A stretch of 64,000 bases of DNA. It comes from Hyphochytrium catenoides (Eukaryota > Protista > Hyphochytriomycota). Both the position numbers and the translations under genes were made by a program. The notes beneath the pieces are model-generated. The model did no database searches, was not told the DNA's origin, and saw only the letters and a program-made list of their open reading frames with translations. This document shows positions 1 through 11,400 of this stretch, piece after piece (within the stretch, counting starts at the first letter, position 1; the number at the start of each line of letters is the position of its first letter). The stretch lies in contig FLMG01000135.1 of assembly GCA_900088475.1 (NCBI GenBank), positions 1-64,000 of the forward strand, read 5' to 3'.

Positions 1-2
1 AG

Positions 3-142
3 ATACCGTACAGGAATGCTGTTGGCAGTCTTATGCATCTGATGGTAGTCCACATAGCTGTGCCCTCAGACTCCAACACCTCCCCGCAGCTCGAACTCAC
101 TGGACCGCTGTGAAGCGGATACTGAGATATCTGAAAGGGACC
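3..142 (+). mobile_element. Ty1/copia reverse transcriptase C-terminal fragment, interrupted
   Basis: IPYRNAVGSLMHLMV (3-47) and HWTAVKRILRYLKGT (98-142) are typical copia RT C-terminal motifs. The conserved segment normally between them is replaced by an inverted LTR/PPT piece. Confidence 0.85.
45..93 (-). repeat. Inverted fragment of polypurine tract plus LTR start
   Basis: 45-78 is identical to 2059-2092 (34 bp). On the minus strand it reads GAGCTGCGGGGAGG|TGTTGGAGTCTG, a PPT-like tract followed by the LTR TG start. Confidence 0.75.
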
Positions 143-499
143 GCAAATGATATCCCAGGGAATCCCGTGGGGATTCAATCCCAGGAAGAAAATCCAAAAA
201 TTCATTCTTCTTTAGGAACGCAGCACCAAGCAAGTGATCAAGTCCAAGACTCCGAACGCAGTGATTATTCAAACAGTGAACAGTACTCTGAAGACTCGGA
301 CGACAAATCCTCGGAAGCATCGGAGGGAGGCATCAGACCCTGCAAACGCAGACGCAGATACAAGCTTGGAAGTGGACATGTATGAGACTGTGGTGAAACA
401 CCTGATTTCAGCTCTGTACCCCACTTATCCTTGGCACAGAGGTACTCCCAGCAGGACTCCCTCTGGATGCGACCCGGGATGTCTCAATCTGTTGGATGT

Positions 500-1042
500 T
501 CAGGAACCAGCGACCTTCTTAGAGGACGACGCGTTGGCCTCTCCTCAGGCAGTGGAGTGGCAAGAGGCAATCTCCAGCGAGCTACACTCCATGGAGCAGC
601 ACGGGGTATGGGAACTGGTTCCCCGCCCTCCTACCTGGAGCTAACATCGTAGGATGCCCCTGGGTCTTTAAGGTCAAGACCCACGCTGATGGGACCGTAG
701 AGAGGTACAAAGCAAGATTAGTGGCACAAGGTTGCGGCAGAAGGAGGGAATCGTTTATCAAGAAGTTTTTGCTCCTCCGACCATTGGACATGAGTCCATT
801 CGGTGCATCTTGTCATTGGCGGCATCTTTCGACATGGAGATTCATCATATGGATATCAAGACTGCTTTCTTGCACGGGGAGCTGGAAGAAACGGTGTATA
901 TGAAGCTGCCTCCGGGATTCGCCCGGGCTGGTTCCCAAGATCATGTCAAGCTGAACAGAAGCATATACGGATTAAAGCAGAGCCCACGACAGTGGAACAA
1001 GGTGATTGACGGGTATCTGAAGAAGCATGGATTCCATCCCAG
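500..1042 (+). mobile_element. Ty1/copia reverse transcriptase (RVT_2) N-terminal half, frameshifted pseudogene
   Basis: EPATFLE..WQEAISSELHSMEQHGVWELVPRP / IVGCPWVFKVK..GTVERYKARLVAQG / MDIKTAFLHGELEETVYMKLPPGF / KLNRSIYGLKQSPRQW, broken by frameshifts and truncated at ~1042. Confidence 0.95.
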
Positions 1043-1168
1043 CACTGTAACTCTGAAAGTGGTCATTTTCGGATCACTTTCGGGTAAAACAGTCATTTTC
1101 TGGTTGGTCACTACTGCTGCTTCCAAAAGAAAAATGAGTCACTTTCCAGTCACTTTTGTACGCGTACA
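1043..1168 (+). mobile_element. Probable CACTA/CACTG (CMC/EnSpm-like) DNA transposon terminus with subterminal repeats
   Basis: Begins CACTGTAA exactly where the RT stops. Carries GTCAYTTTY-like motifs at 1062, 1073, 1092, 1138 and 1149, plus inverted copies near 1055 and 1131. Confidence 0.45.
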
Positions 1169-1769
1169 AGCTGTGTTTGTCCTGCTACCTGTGTATCCGA
1201 CCACCCATCTTTGCCCACCCATCATTCCAGAAACAATACAATGGGTGTCAGCGGCCCCACGGGTGGCCGAGATTACTGCCACAGTGATTGATATATGATA
1301 AGGGGGCAACCCCCATTTTCCGGTACGAAGATCTTCACCTAGGGAGACACAACACAGCTCAAAACAGCATAGCGAACGTTAGTGAAGACGATCCAATTCA
1401 AATCGATGCAGTAGTCTTCAGAAGTCAGAGCACAACAGAAGCAGGTGCTTCTCCTTCCCTGGTTCTTCATAGAGTCTTTGTCTATCAAGCTCAGTCTAAG
1501 CACCGCGGCAGCTTCACGAAGTCGAGTCTCCCTCCACCACCCTCCTCTCTGCTGGTTGCTGCGCTGGTTGCTGGCATAGAGTTGTCAGTTGGCCGCCATC
1601 GCGTCTATCCTGATGCCATCCTTCATCATTGTTGCGACCAGCAGCTATACAATGTCAACGTTATGCAACCCAAAGATTATTCGATCAGCTTCCTCCCACT
1701 TTCAGATTGTTGTTGGCACAAATTCCTGACACCTTTCTTTATCCCCCGTGAAGAATGAAGTCCTGCTTT

Positions 1770-2092
1770 TGATGGATTTGTATGGGATGATTGGACAATG
1801 TCATTAGATGAGAGTGCTCGACTTATAAGCCCAACTGGGGTCCCATAATCTAGAGCTATTCTGACTATGCCGACTATTCCTAATATAGTCTAAGATAGTC
1901 AGTCATAGAGAAATCCCTGTCTAGAACAGTCAGTCCTGAAGGTATCCGGGGTACTGACCATAAGCCATAGATATAAACACGGGCATTTCGTTTGCTTCAT
2001 ATCTCGGCTTCTACTGGGAGTTTAGAGCTGAAACTTGGGTAGTTAAGCTTGCCAGCTTGTAGTCCACATAGCTGTGCCCTCAGACTCCAACA
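1770..2092 (-). mobile_element. Solo LTR (323 bp) with 5-bp target-site duplication
   Basis: Termini TGATGGA...TCCAACA (TG..CA, 6/7 inverted match), flanked on both sides by GCTTT (1765-1769 and 2093-2097). One end recurs next to a PPT-like tract at 45-93, which gives the orientation. Confidence 0.85.
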
Positions 2093-2697
2093 GCTTTTGT
2101 ACCAGAACGAACCTTCAATCCGTCGGAGATATGGCCAAGTACGTTGCCGTTCGACTCCAGGTCGTCAAAGTCGCGCGTTTGTTGATTCCGACGCCGGTGG
2201 TGTGACCTGAGGAACCTCCTCACCATGACCATTCCCGTAGTGCAGCACAGAAAGGTGGTGGTAGCAGAGTCCTTATTAGTCCCTCCTTCTCCCTGCTCTT
2301 TCTCACTCATGAACTCATCGCTCCACGTGCCATTGAACCTGCCCTCCTCTACTAATAGGGAGAGCATCTCGGTACCATCCCACCCTGGCGCAGATCATCA
2401 TGCAACAGAATATTATGATAGTAGGCCCTAAGAGTTCGCTGGTAAGACCCCTGACATTATTTGCGTCCTTTGGTAAGATCTGCGTACGTTGCTGACTCTA
2501 TTTTGAAGCACTAGGGGATGCTATTGCTCGAGACCTGTTGCACAAGTCATCCCTACCGTAAAGCCCCGATTGCTACATTACTAGAACTGACACTATTGGT
2601 CCTGACCACAAAAGGTGCGAATGATTTACCCTTCTTCTTCTACTCGATCTCCCTTAACACTAACAGAAAAATTGGCCTTCGATGTTTCTAGACCCTT

Positions 2698-3639
2698 TTG
2701 CTGTGTGAACTGCAGGCTGATAAAATTCTCACAAGTGTGCTCCGTTCCGCCACCACGTTCTATAAGGGCCTGTCTGGATTCAGCAAACTTGGGCTTTGTG
2801 ATAACCTGCAATGCATAGCTGCTCTCCTATCCTCCACTTCATTTTCACCAGGAGCTCTATCATCAGTTGACACTAATGAATTGGGATTGGCCAATCAGTA
2901 TACAAAGTCTTCTGTCCAGGGTGAATCCCTTACCCTAGCCTCTATCCAGCAGGCTGCAGCGAAGGCGAAAGCCGTCCAGAGTAGCCACAAATGGCTGCTA
3001 GACAGTGGATGCTCCAGTCACATTATTATTGGAGATCCATCACTCTTTTTCTCTTTCACTTCTATTGACCCTCTTCCTCTCTTTACCGCTGACAACCGGC
3101 CAGTTTTTGCCGTGGGAAAGGGAAGTATACTTATCCCTGCTGCCAATAGAGCTACCACCCCTCTCTACCTGCCGAATGTGCTTTATGCGCCAGGCTTTCC
3201 GAAGGAGCAAGGCCAACAGGGCGAAGAAGGCTCTGCGGCAAACTTGAAGGCGAGCGCGACTCAGATACGCCGTGGAGGGAAATGGACCTACGAAGAAGAA
3301 GTCTTTACACGCAAACTTATTGAGTATTTTCTGGCAGGCATTCTTCCCCTTCAACCTGGGACGACACTAAGGAGCTTTTTAGCAGAGAGATTGCAGTGTG
3401 ACCCAATGCGGGTGTCAAAGAAGCTTGCTTCTCTGGAGATCGCGGGCCTAGCAATTCCCCGGAAAGCAGGAAAAAAGCTCTTCAAGCCGCAGAGTTTACT
3501 TTATCGTCAGGACAGTTTCGCCGGAGAAGAAGTACAACATCCTCCCGACGAGGAAGCGAAAAGGAAGGAACTGGAACAAGCGTTAGAAGACATCGCAACC
3601 AGTGAGAGGAACTTTGTCCAATCTCTTGAGACCATATAG
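2698..3639 (+). CDS. Chimeric ORF: copia gag/aspartic protease remnant in frame with a stramenopile Myb-like domain
   Basis: WLLDSGCSSH...TADNRPVFAVGKGSI...LPNVLYAPGF (copia protease region) continues without a stop into RRGGKWTYEEEVFTRKLIEYFLAGILPLQPGTTLRSFLAERLQCDPMRVSKKL. No in-frame ATG upstream of either domain. Confidence 0.6.
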   Translation: MLCELQADKILTSVLRSATTFYKGLSGFSKLGLCDNLQCIAALLSSTSFSPGALSSVDTNELGLANQYTKSSVQGESLTLASIQQAAAKAKAVQSSHKWLLDSGCSSHIIIGDPSLFFSFTSIDPLPLFTADNRPVFAVGKGSILIPAANRATTPLYLPNVLYAPGFPKEQGQQGEEGSAANLKASATQIRRGGKWTYEEEVFTRKLIEYFLAGILPLQPGTTLRSFLAERLQCDPMRVSKKLASLEIAGLAIPRKAGKKLFKPQSLLYRQDSFAGEEVQHPPDEEAKRKELEQALEDIATSERNFVQSLETI

Positions 3640-4114
3640 CGTCCAGGAAAGGCCTAGCTAAGGCAATGGTACCGTTATGTTGCCATTCTGCCTGCTGCAT
3701 GACGATGGGTATGTTGCCGCAACGGTTGAGAGCTATGGCAGGTGTAGAGCCCAATGCATGGTACACGGATAGGGATTGTACAGCATATTTAAACTTTATC
3801 AGCAGTCTACATATACCTTATACTTAATCTATGTCATTGTACGCCCAATGCGCCTTCAACATAGCAATTGTTGTTATGAGGGAGAGGTATTCCATGCAAA
3901 ACCTCTGCATTTTAGCGAGTAACAGCAAAGGTCAACGAAGCGGCACGACTCCTTGTCAGGTAAGAAGGGGTCGGTAAGAAGCAAGGCGAAGAAGACAAAC
4001 GTCTCCAGGACTACGGTCTGAACAGGGCAGCCAGAACTTCAAAGTGCAACTTTTGATGGGGCGATCTAACGAGCTGAACTAAAGGGTGCAATGCTCTTCC
4101 TTCGATTGGCAATA

Positions 4115-7100
4115 CTATACAAAACTGGTATCTTGACGCCTGGGCAACTTTGGCCTTCCTTTCCAGCTTTTTCCTTGCTGTTTTCTTTTCGCTCGAGGGG
4201 CACCTCGTTGGCCGTACTGCCAGGCAATCTCATCCAACACTTGGTCCCACCTTAGATGCCTGTATCGGCACTGTCGGCCGAGAAAATGTTGAGAGATTAA
4301 CTCCTTCTACTTATACGAGGGAGAAGGTATGGAAAGTGAGTAGACATGAGACCCACCGTACGCATCACACGGCATTCCCCTAGCTTAGCAAACGCAATGC
4401 AGTAGTGCACTTGAGGGCTGATCTGTAGAGGTCCTTGCTCGAAGTTCTCCAAGGATTTCTCAGTATTTCCAGCGGAGGGGAACACGGAGAAAAATCTCGG
4501 GTTCTCAGGGTTCGCCCGAAGGTGCAGAAAGCGACAAGAGACCCCTGGTGTCCGAAACAACACATGGTTAAAAGCCTACCCTCTATAGAGGTATCAAGCA
4601 ACTCAACGATAGTTGTCGCATGAAGTTCTGGGATAAGTGGTGGGATGCTCGACACGAAGGAAGCTCATCGCATTGAAACCCGAGGCCAAGAGAAAGCGCT
4701 ACTAGCACCAGGTCTATAACCAGTTTGTCTCTCCTAGTTATCTTACCAGCCGGACACTCTTCTCCTCTCTCGAACTCCTTGCAGTACGAAGTGACAGGAG
4801 GGAAGGTGCCTGGCACCTGTCCCTCTACGAAACACTCCTCTTCAAAGGGAATATACACAACCACATCCGGTAGCAAGCTGGCGTCATCTTCTCTCTTCCA
4901 GAGATCGAGTGAAGACATTGAAGTTGACTGCAAACTTGGCCCTTTGGGATCGATGGCAGCTAAAAGGTTTACTTGGTGTCCTTGAACCTCATGCTGGACC
5001 ACGTAGCTCCCAGTCGGAGAAGCAAGGAGGGCTGATAGCAGATTTCCTAATACGGTTACGTTAAACGCAACGCTGAAGCGCAAGGGAAAGCATTGTTAGA
5101 GTTTGTTACTCAATCTAGTGAAGCAGGAAACAGTGTTAAGGTTCCTTTACCAGGAGGGGCAAGAGACAACAACGCAAACGGAGCCTGCAAACCTACTCAA
5201 ACGGACAAGCTTGTGGGAAAACCTCGTTCCTTTTCTTGATTGAGATATCTGTCACTGCTCCTTCTACAGGGTTCACGGTAACTGGAACAGATATAGGTGA
5301 ACAATCAGCAATTAGAATCAGCCAGAGAAGCGGTTGGTGAAGTTCAAGAGGATGGAAGAAGGCGATCGTTTGGCACGCGATTGGGTAGGAACTTTTAGCT
5401 TAGAGAGACCGCAGACAACTTAATTGCCTACCGAATGCTACTTGCGCTTGAGGGCTTATTGCGAAATGGACCCAGAGTTGAACCAGTTCCGTCATTGTAA
5501 GCTGCTCCTTTCCTATGTCAGGACGATATGCAAGCCTCGTGTGAAGGAATACTTCGTTACTCCCTTCCGTCTAACGGACAAAAGTGAGACGAGAACCTAT
5601 CACGAGAGCTCTAACTTGAAAGGGCTTGGTTGCTTACCACGTTGGGCAAGCAAAATTGTCGATTGCGGTGCCTCACAAGGAGGCGGTAATTGAGTGCCCT
5701 TAGCAGACTGTATGAATAGGTCTCCTCGTCTCCTCTTGCAATTTTTTCCGCCTTGCGCTCACTTCCTTCGTCTTAAGTCCAGCTTAAGTACTCCTCAATG
5801 GTAAACGCAAACGCAGTGCGAGAGAGCCTTACTTGCGTGGCTCCTGAGAAGTTCCCTTATCTTGCCCTCATAAACAGCCAGCATGACATCCCGCGTCGTA
5901 AAGCGCGGCTTGGTGAGCCTCTCGCCAAACACTATGCACTTTGCGGAAGTTCGAAAGGAGAAGAGTGACGCTGGGGGTGTAGGCGCCGCGATGACTTCAA
6001 CAGGTACTTCCCAATGCTGCCAAAATAGGAAAGAAATAAGTAAGCTAACTAAGAAGTGGACGAGTATACCGGAAACGCAAGGGCCTTACTTCTTGGAAGA
6101 GCGGTCTATGGCTATCTAGCAAAGCATAAAGAGTCGCGTCGTCGCAGATTGCATCCGCATCATATGCTGCCATCAATTCCCGAGCTCGACTATCAAGGAT
6201 TTGATCCTCTTTCATGCTCAGCGAGGCGTCATCACCTTCCACTGGACAACGCGCCAAAGGTATGGGAAGACCTACAATATCCTTCAACAGGATTGATGGA
6301 ATACCAGAAGGTATCTCCTCTTGGAGTTGAAGGTCACAAGAGATAGCGGAAATCTGGTCCCGAGTAACGATCACATAGAGTCACCCACGCGGCCAGCCGA
6401 AGAAGAGAATTGTGGAGCCAACGGGCAAGCGAGAGGGTGAGAACTGCATAGGCTTCAGGCACCGAAGCACTAAAGTTGATACCGACCTTGGTTAGCTGAA
6501 GGCAGTCAGACCGTTGGTAGAACTGGGGCAGCCGTCTCACCCGTTCTCTCCGTCTTTTACGCTGGTCCTTGAACTGCCAACAGTGTTATGGGAATAGGGG
6601 AGACGGTTAGTTGCATTCCTATAGAAGACTTATGCGGACGATGTTTACCAGCATCTTCGCTTCTTCGCTGCAAAACAGGTATCGCCACTTCTGGCGCATT
6701 GCTGTCTCTTTCTGCATGAGCTGGAGTTGCCTCTGCCAATGGAGAAGCAAGCGAACGACAGCAATTAGACCCAGAGAGAAAGTTGGGGTTCCCTTTTATA
6801 CCTTTTCTTCCATGACTGAGCGATGCAGAGCCTCCAATCTCATTCTGTCGGCCTCCACCATCAGGCCATGGCCCGATTTAGCCTAATACACGAGAGTAAA
6901 GCAAAAGAGAGAGTAAGGCGATGCCGATAATTTGAGGAAGAGGAGAAGACCGAGGAGCCTGGAGGAGTAGAGAATCCCAGCAGGAGGGATGGCGCTTCAG
7001 CAAAGCGCAGGCATAACAGGTGCAGCCATCGGATAGCACTCGCAAGGGTTAAAGCTTTAGCTCCTAGGGTCACAGATACCTTCTCTGCTAGCTGGCACAA

Positions 7101-7996
7101 CGCAAAATAAGCTTGATGCTCATATTGGGAGAGGGAGGAGAAAGGCAGTCGCTCCTTGAAAGTTTTTTCTCTTTCTTCTTGGTGCTTCACTTTCGCTTTA
7201 CTATCTTCCTCCCCCTCTTCAGGCGCTTCTTGTGTCTTCGTTTGCTTGCCGTCCGCAGCCAGAGGCGTTGCTTGCTTGTCTGAAGACGTCTCTTCAGTAG
7301 GATGGATGGCAGTGGTTGCAGGTGGCGGTGGCTTTGAAGCCGGGAGTTTCGCCTCTCTTTTTGGCTTCTTTAAAGTTTGTGATGCCCGCAAAGCCGCGGC
7401 TTGGGTCTGAGCTTTCTGCGCAACCCGTCTCACCAGTTGTCGGGCTGCAGCTAACGATCCCTTTTGACGGACAGGTTAGAGAGAAAGTGGTCAATAGCTA
7501 AAATTTGAGTGAGTGATTGAAGTGATAAGAAAGAGAGCAAATGTCCCTCGCTAAGAAGTGATATCGCAATTTTTGGAGCCTGCACATAACGGAAACTTAC
7601 CTCTATCGAGAAGTTGTCAAAGCTCTCCTCCGTTAAGAACGCGTTTACCCTGTCCGTTATTGAAGGCCATGAAAGTCTATTAACTAGGTGCACAAAGCCG
7701 TCAATCCCTGTTCAATGACACTACCCGCTTGAAGCTTCATTACGTGGTTGTAGCAGACCCTGAGCCTCCAGCTCCACCATCTCCTGCTCTGCGGAGAAGC
7801 CGATGATGTCGCTGATCGGCCTAATAAGCTTATAGGTAAGCTGCAACACATCTTGAGAGTCTTCGTCAACCATCTTCCCGCATAATCTTCAAAGGTCTCT
7901 TCGAGTTGCAGACATACAACGCCAAAGCTTCTCACCCGAAATTCCTCAGATTTCACGGACAGAAAGCTTAAGCGAGAGATCTCCCACTGATGACAT
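4115..7996 (-). CDS. ICE2: Little elongation complex subunit 2-like (ICE2/NARG2_C) with C-terminal CCCH zinc finger, multi-exon
   Basis: Ordered motifs AFLTEESFDNFS, SSLSQYEHQAY, DSRARELMAAYDADAIC, EQLTMTELVQLWVHFAISP, FNVTVLGNLLSALLASPTGSYVVQH and GQVPGTFPP resemble ICE2/NARG2_C. The spliced end reads C-x8-C-x5-C-x3-H. Start codon uncertain. Confidence 0.65.
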
Positions 7997-8412
7997 TCTA
8001 TGGAAGAGCAAGAGCTAAGGCGTAGAAAGTAACTAGCTATGGGATGGCGCCTTATGCCTGCGCCGGTAAGATAGTAGAGATGTAGAGATTGAGTCTGGGA
8101 GGACAGGACCCGTCTCCATCCGCGCGCTCAGAAAACATCAGAATCCATTTTGCTTCTCATGTCCGTAGCGTTATCTTAAATAAGGCTAGACTACATTTAC
8201 AAGTAACGCTCATTGGAAAAACACCATTTAGAACAAATCACTGTCCAGTAAGCCTCCAGGTGCAGAAGTCGCGTTGCTCTGGATTTCTGTGGTCATCTCA
8301 ACGGATCCAAGTGCGCACCCTCCTCTGTCTTGGCCTGCAGATGAGTGTTCAGGAGGAAGAAGGCCTTAGAGAGCCGCAACTGAATCTTTTTTTACCTGCA
8401 AGGTGGAGGATT

Positions 8413-11400
8413 CTAAGACTCCCCGCTGGCACTTGCTTCCTCGCCTTTTGGAAGCCCAGTGAGGCTTACTGCGCTCGCTCTGGGTAAGAGGTCACTCTGT
8501 GGATCAGCCCCGAACGCACTGTCCACAGATGCCTCGATTGTCTCGGCCCCTTCAGCTGTGAAATGTATAGAACAATAGTCAGCATCTTTTCCTCTCCCAA
8601 GAGAAAGGAAAACGCTTGATATAGCTTACCTTCATTCCCTGCAAAGTGGGCGACGTGACTCTCAACGGGTCCAGACTGCATTCTGGTTTCCTCCTGATTC
8701 GCAGCGAGAGATCTTCCAACTCCTCCTGCTTCTGAACCTCCTAGAAGAGGACTCTCCTCAACTTCCATCATCTCCAAAGGAAGCTCTAGATTTGAGGCAT
8801 CCACATCCAAGACGTGGGTGGTAGACTGATGCTGTACAGTTTGTGCTCTCTCCTTGGCCCGCGAGAGGAGCAATTCCAGCCGATCCTTCTCAAGCTACAA
8901 TTTACACATACAAATAAAAACCAGACTTAGTATACAGATAGTCCTAAAACGACGGAGAAAGGGGGGAAAATGAGCTCGGCGCAGGGACAAGTGGATGCGT
9001 AATGTGCCCACGCGTGCCGCCAGCTAGGATCTAGGGAGGTAGTAGAGATACATGGCGCACCCCAAGAAGATCAACACCCTCACCTGCTGTCTTTCTTGCT
9101 CCAACAAGTTCTCCAGAGTCTCAAATTGCTTAAGCTTCAGATCGATCTTTTTTAGCTGCTTCTCTACGAGGATTGTGACTAATCGTTGGATCTCCTGTTC
9201 TTCTCGATCCGCAATGGTCTGGGTACATCATTATCGGGGATGAGGGAGATGGACGTTGTAGAAGGCGAAGATGTTAGACATGGACAATAGTGGGGAATAG
9301 CGGATAAGGAGCTCCAAAAACTAAGCAGGATCCAGCAGAAGCACTATGGTTTGAAATAGCAAGCTCTGTGAGTGGTCTAGCGGTAACCTTTGCTCGCACT
9401 GCAGCCGCGGCCAGAGCGGTCGCTGCGGTAGTCTGCATGTTGAAGTTCTTTAACGAAGCTTCATCTTTGCCGCCCATTCTCGCTTTCGCGATCTGCTGGG
9501 CCGCAATCTTGGAGAGAGGGGCTTCCTCCTCGTCGGAGTCATCATCGGAGATCTCTGGCCGCTGCCGAGCGGTCTCAGAAGGGCTGGGCACTTTGCTTCC
9601 CTTTGACTTTGCTCCTCCTTTGCTAGTTGCCTCACTCTTTGTCTTGGCTCCAGACTTGACAGTGCCAGCTACAGGCCCCTTGCCCGATGGGGTGTCAGAG
9701 TCTAAAAACAAAGTGGGTAAGAAAGCTGGCCGCTGCAGAGACGTACACTTCTCATTGTCTCTACAGTAGTCGTATTAACACCTCCTCAGCAGTGTTCCCT
9801 TGGTCTTGAGTACGCTTACTCTACCCTATACTCATCTCCCGTACCTGACGCAAGCGTATGTTGCCTAATAACTTCCTTCAAAGCTGCTTGTGCTGCTGCA
9901 GCTGCCACTTCTGGATGCACATAGCCCATGAGAAAGGCCATCTGAACAGTTAATTGTTAGAAATGCACACATACCGGTGCGACACCAACACCGTCTATAG
10001 GACACCACAAAAGACAGATTTTGCGGTTGTCGAGAGCAAGTTGTGTGTTGATGGTAGAGGTGGGCAAAGTACAGATTTCTATGGCAGCCAGAACCTTGCC
10101 ATCAAAGAGGACCAACTAGGAAGGGTAGCCGAACTCACCTGCGCCATCACTGGATTTGGCATCTCACCAAAAGGGGTAGGAACATTGGTCCCTTGTTCTT
10201 TTACGTTCAAATTTTTTCTCCGCGATATGTCAGAGCCCACCACCTTCTTCCGATAGTCCTCGTACACAGGTTCGTCGATGGGCATCTGGATAAATTTCAT
10301 GACGCAATCGTGCTTGCTCTTTGTGCCGACCGCCGCAGCTACAGCGTCCCAATCCATTTCCGCTTCACCTGTACTAGCCTCCAACGCTTCCAGAAGCTTA
10401 AGTACTTCTTCATCTGTCCATTTCGACTGCATTCACACATCCAAGAGCAAACCAACGGTCAAATACAGCCAGGCTGATGGTCAAAATAGGAGAAGTAGAG
10501 AACGGGGCGCTGGACTGCTTGGGACCAGTGCCTCTAGAAATTGAAAGCACCATTTGCTCGTCTTTTTCCCCGAGAGAAAGCAAATCGAGAAAGAAGTGCT
10601 TCTTTATGGAGAATCTTTACTATTTGAAGCAGGAGTTCACGGCCACTGACCTCACTGCTGACTTCTCGCCGGACAAAATCCTGGGTACTGAGAACCGCTG
10701 AATACTTGCCATCTGTGAAGCAGCTCGAGCAGATAACTGCACCTGCCCATAGCGCGCTACTAATATTTCCGGCCTGGGTTGACATGCCCTGGTTAGGCTG
10801 CGCAAGATGGCGCCAGTAGCTGATTCCCGACCAATGTAAACTTTAGGACTTGACGTCGTATAGCCGTTCGCTCTCAGCCCCGGCTACTGTGATGTTCTTG
10901 CGGAAACAGCGTAGGGTTCTTTGCTTTGCCCTATCTCCTTTCATTCTCAACCTAGGTCCCACTACTTATGTACAGATCTCTTCTCACCTGCTTTGCCCTC
11001 GCTTCATCAGTGGGTGTGTAGTACACCCGGGTGCATTTCATTCCGCAGTATGAGCAGAGCTTGGGACCCATGTTTGCCCCTAGAGGTTCTAACGAGAACA
11101 TAGCTTGTGGGGCCACATTGAGGATGCTGCGAGGCGTCACCTCCCGTTTGGGAATCTATTCGAAGAAAAGGCGGCTTAGACTTGCCCAGTGGTGAGCCAA
11201 TGTTCGTAATCCTATGTTCATATGGCCGCCTCCAAACGCGGCTAGCAACTAATATTGCCCTCATAATCAACCCACCCACCTCTGCCACTAGGCTCCTTGG
11301 TTGGGAGCCCTGTGCTGGATGAGGAGGAAGGGGTCTTGAGTTGGGATTGACATTGAAGTTGATAAGTCCCCAGTGCTCTAGGAACTCGTGAACGCGGAGG

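Noticed and set aside
1305-1340. Minus-strand GEDLRTGKW resembling the LRxGKW start of the Myb-like domain
   Set aside because: The following residues do not match the domain, and the match is too short.
1799-2092. Alternative LTR boundary TGT..ACA starting at 1799
   Set aside because: No TSD; the 1770 boundary gives a perfect GCTTT duplication.
7560-7585. Sm-site-like AATTTTTGGAG suggesting an snRNA
   Set aside because: No flanking U1, U2, U11 or U12 conserved sequence; it lies antisense in an intron.
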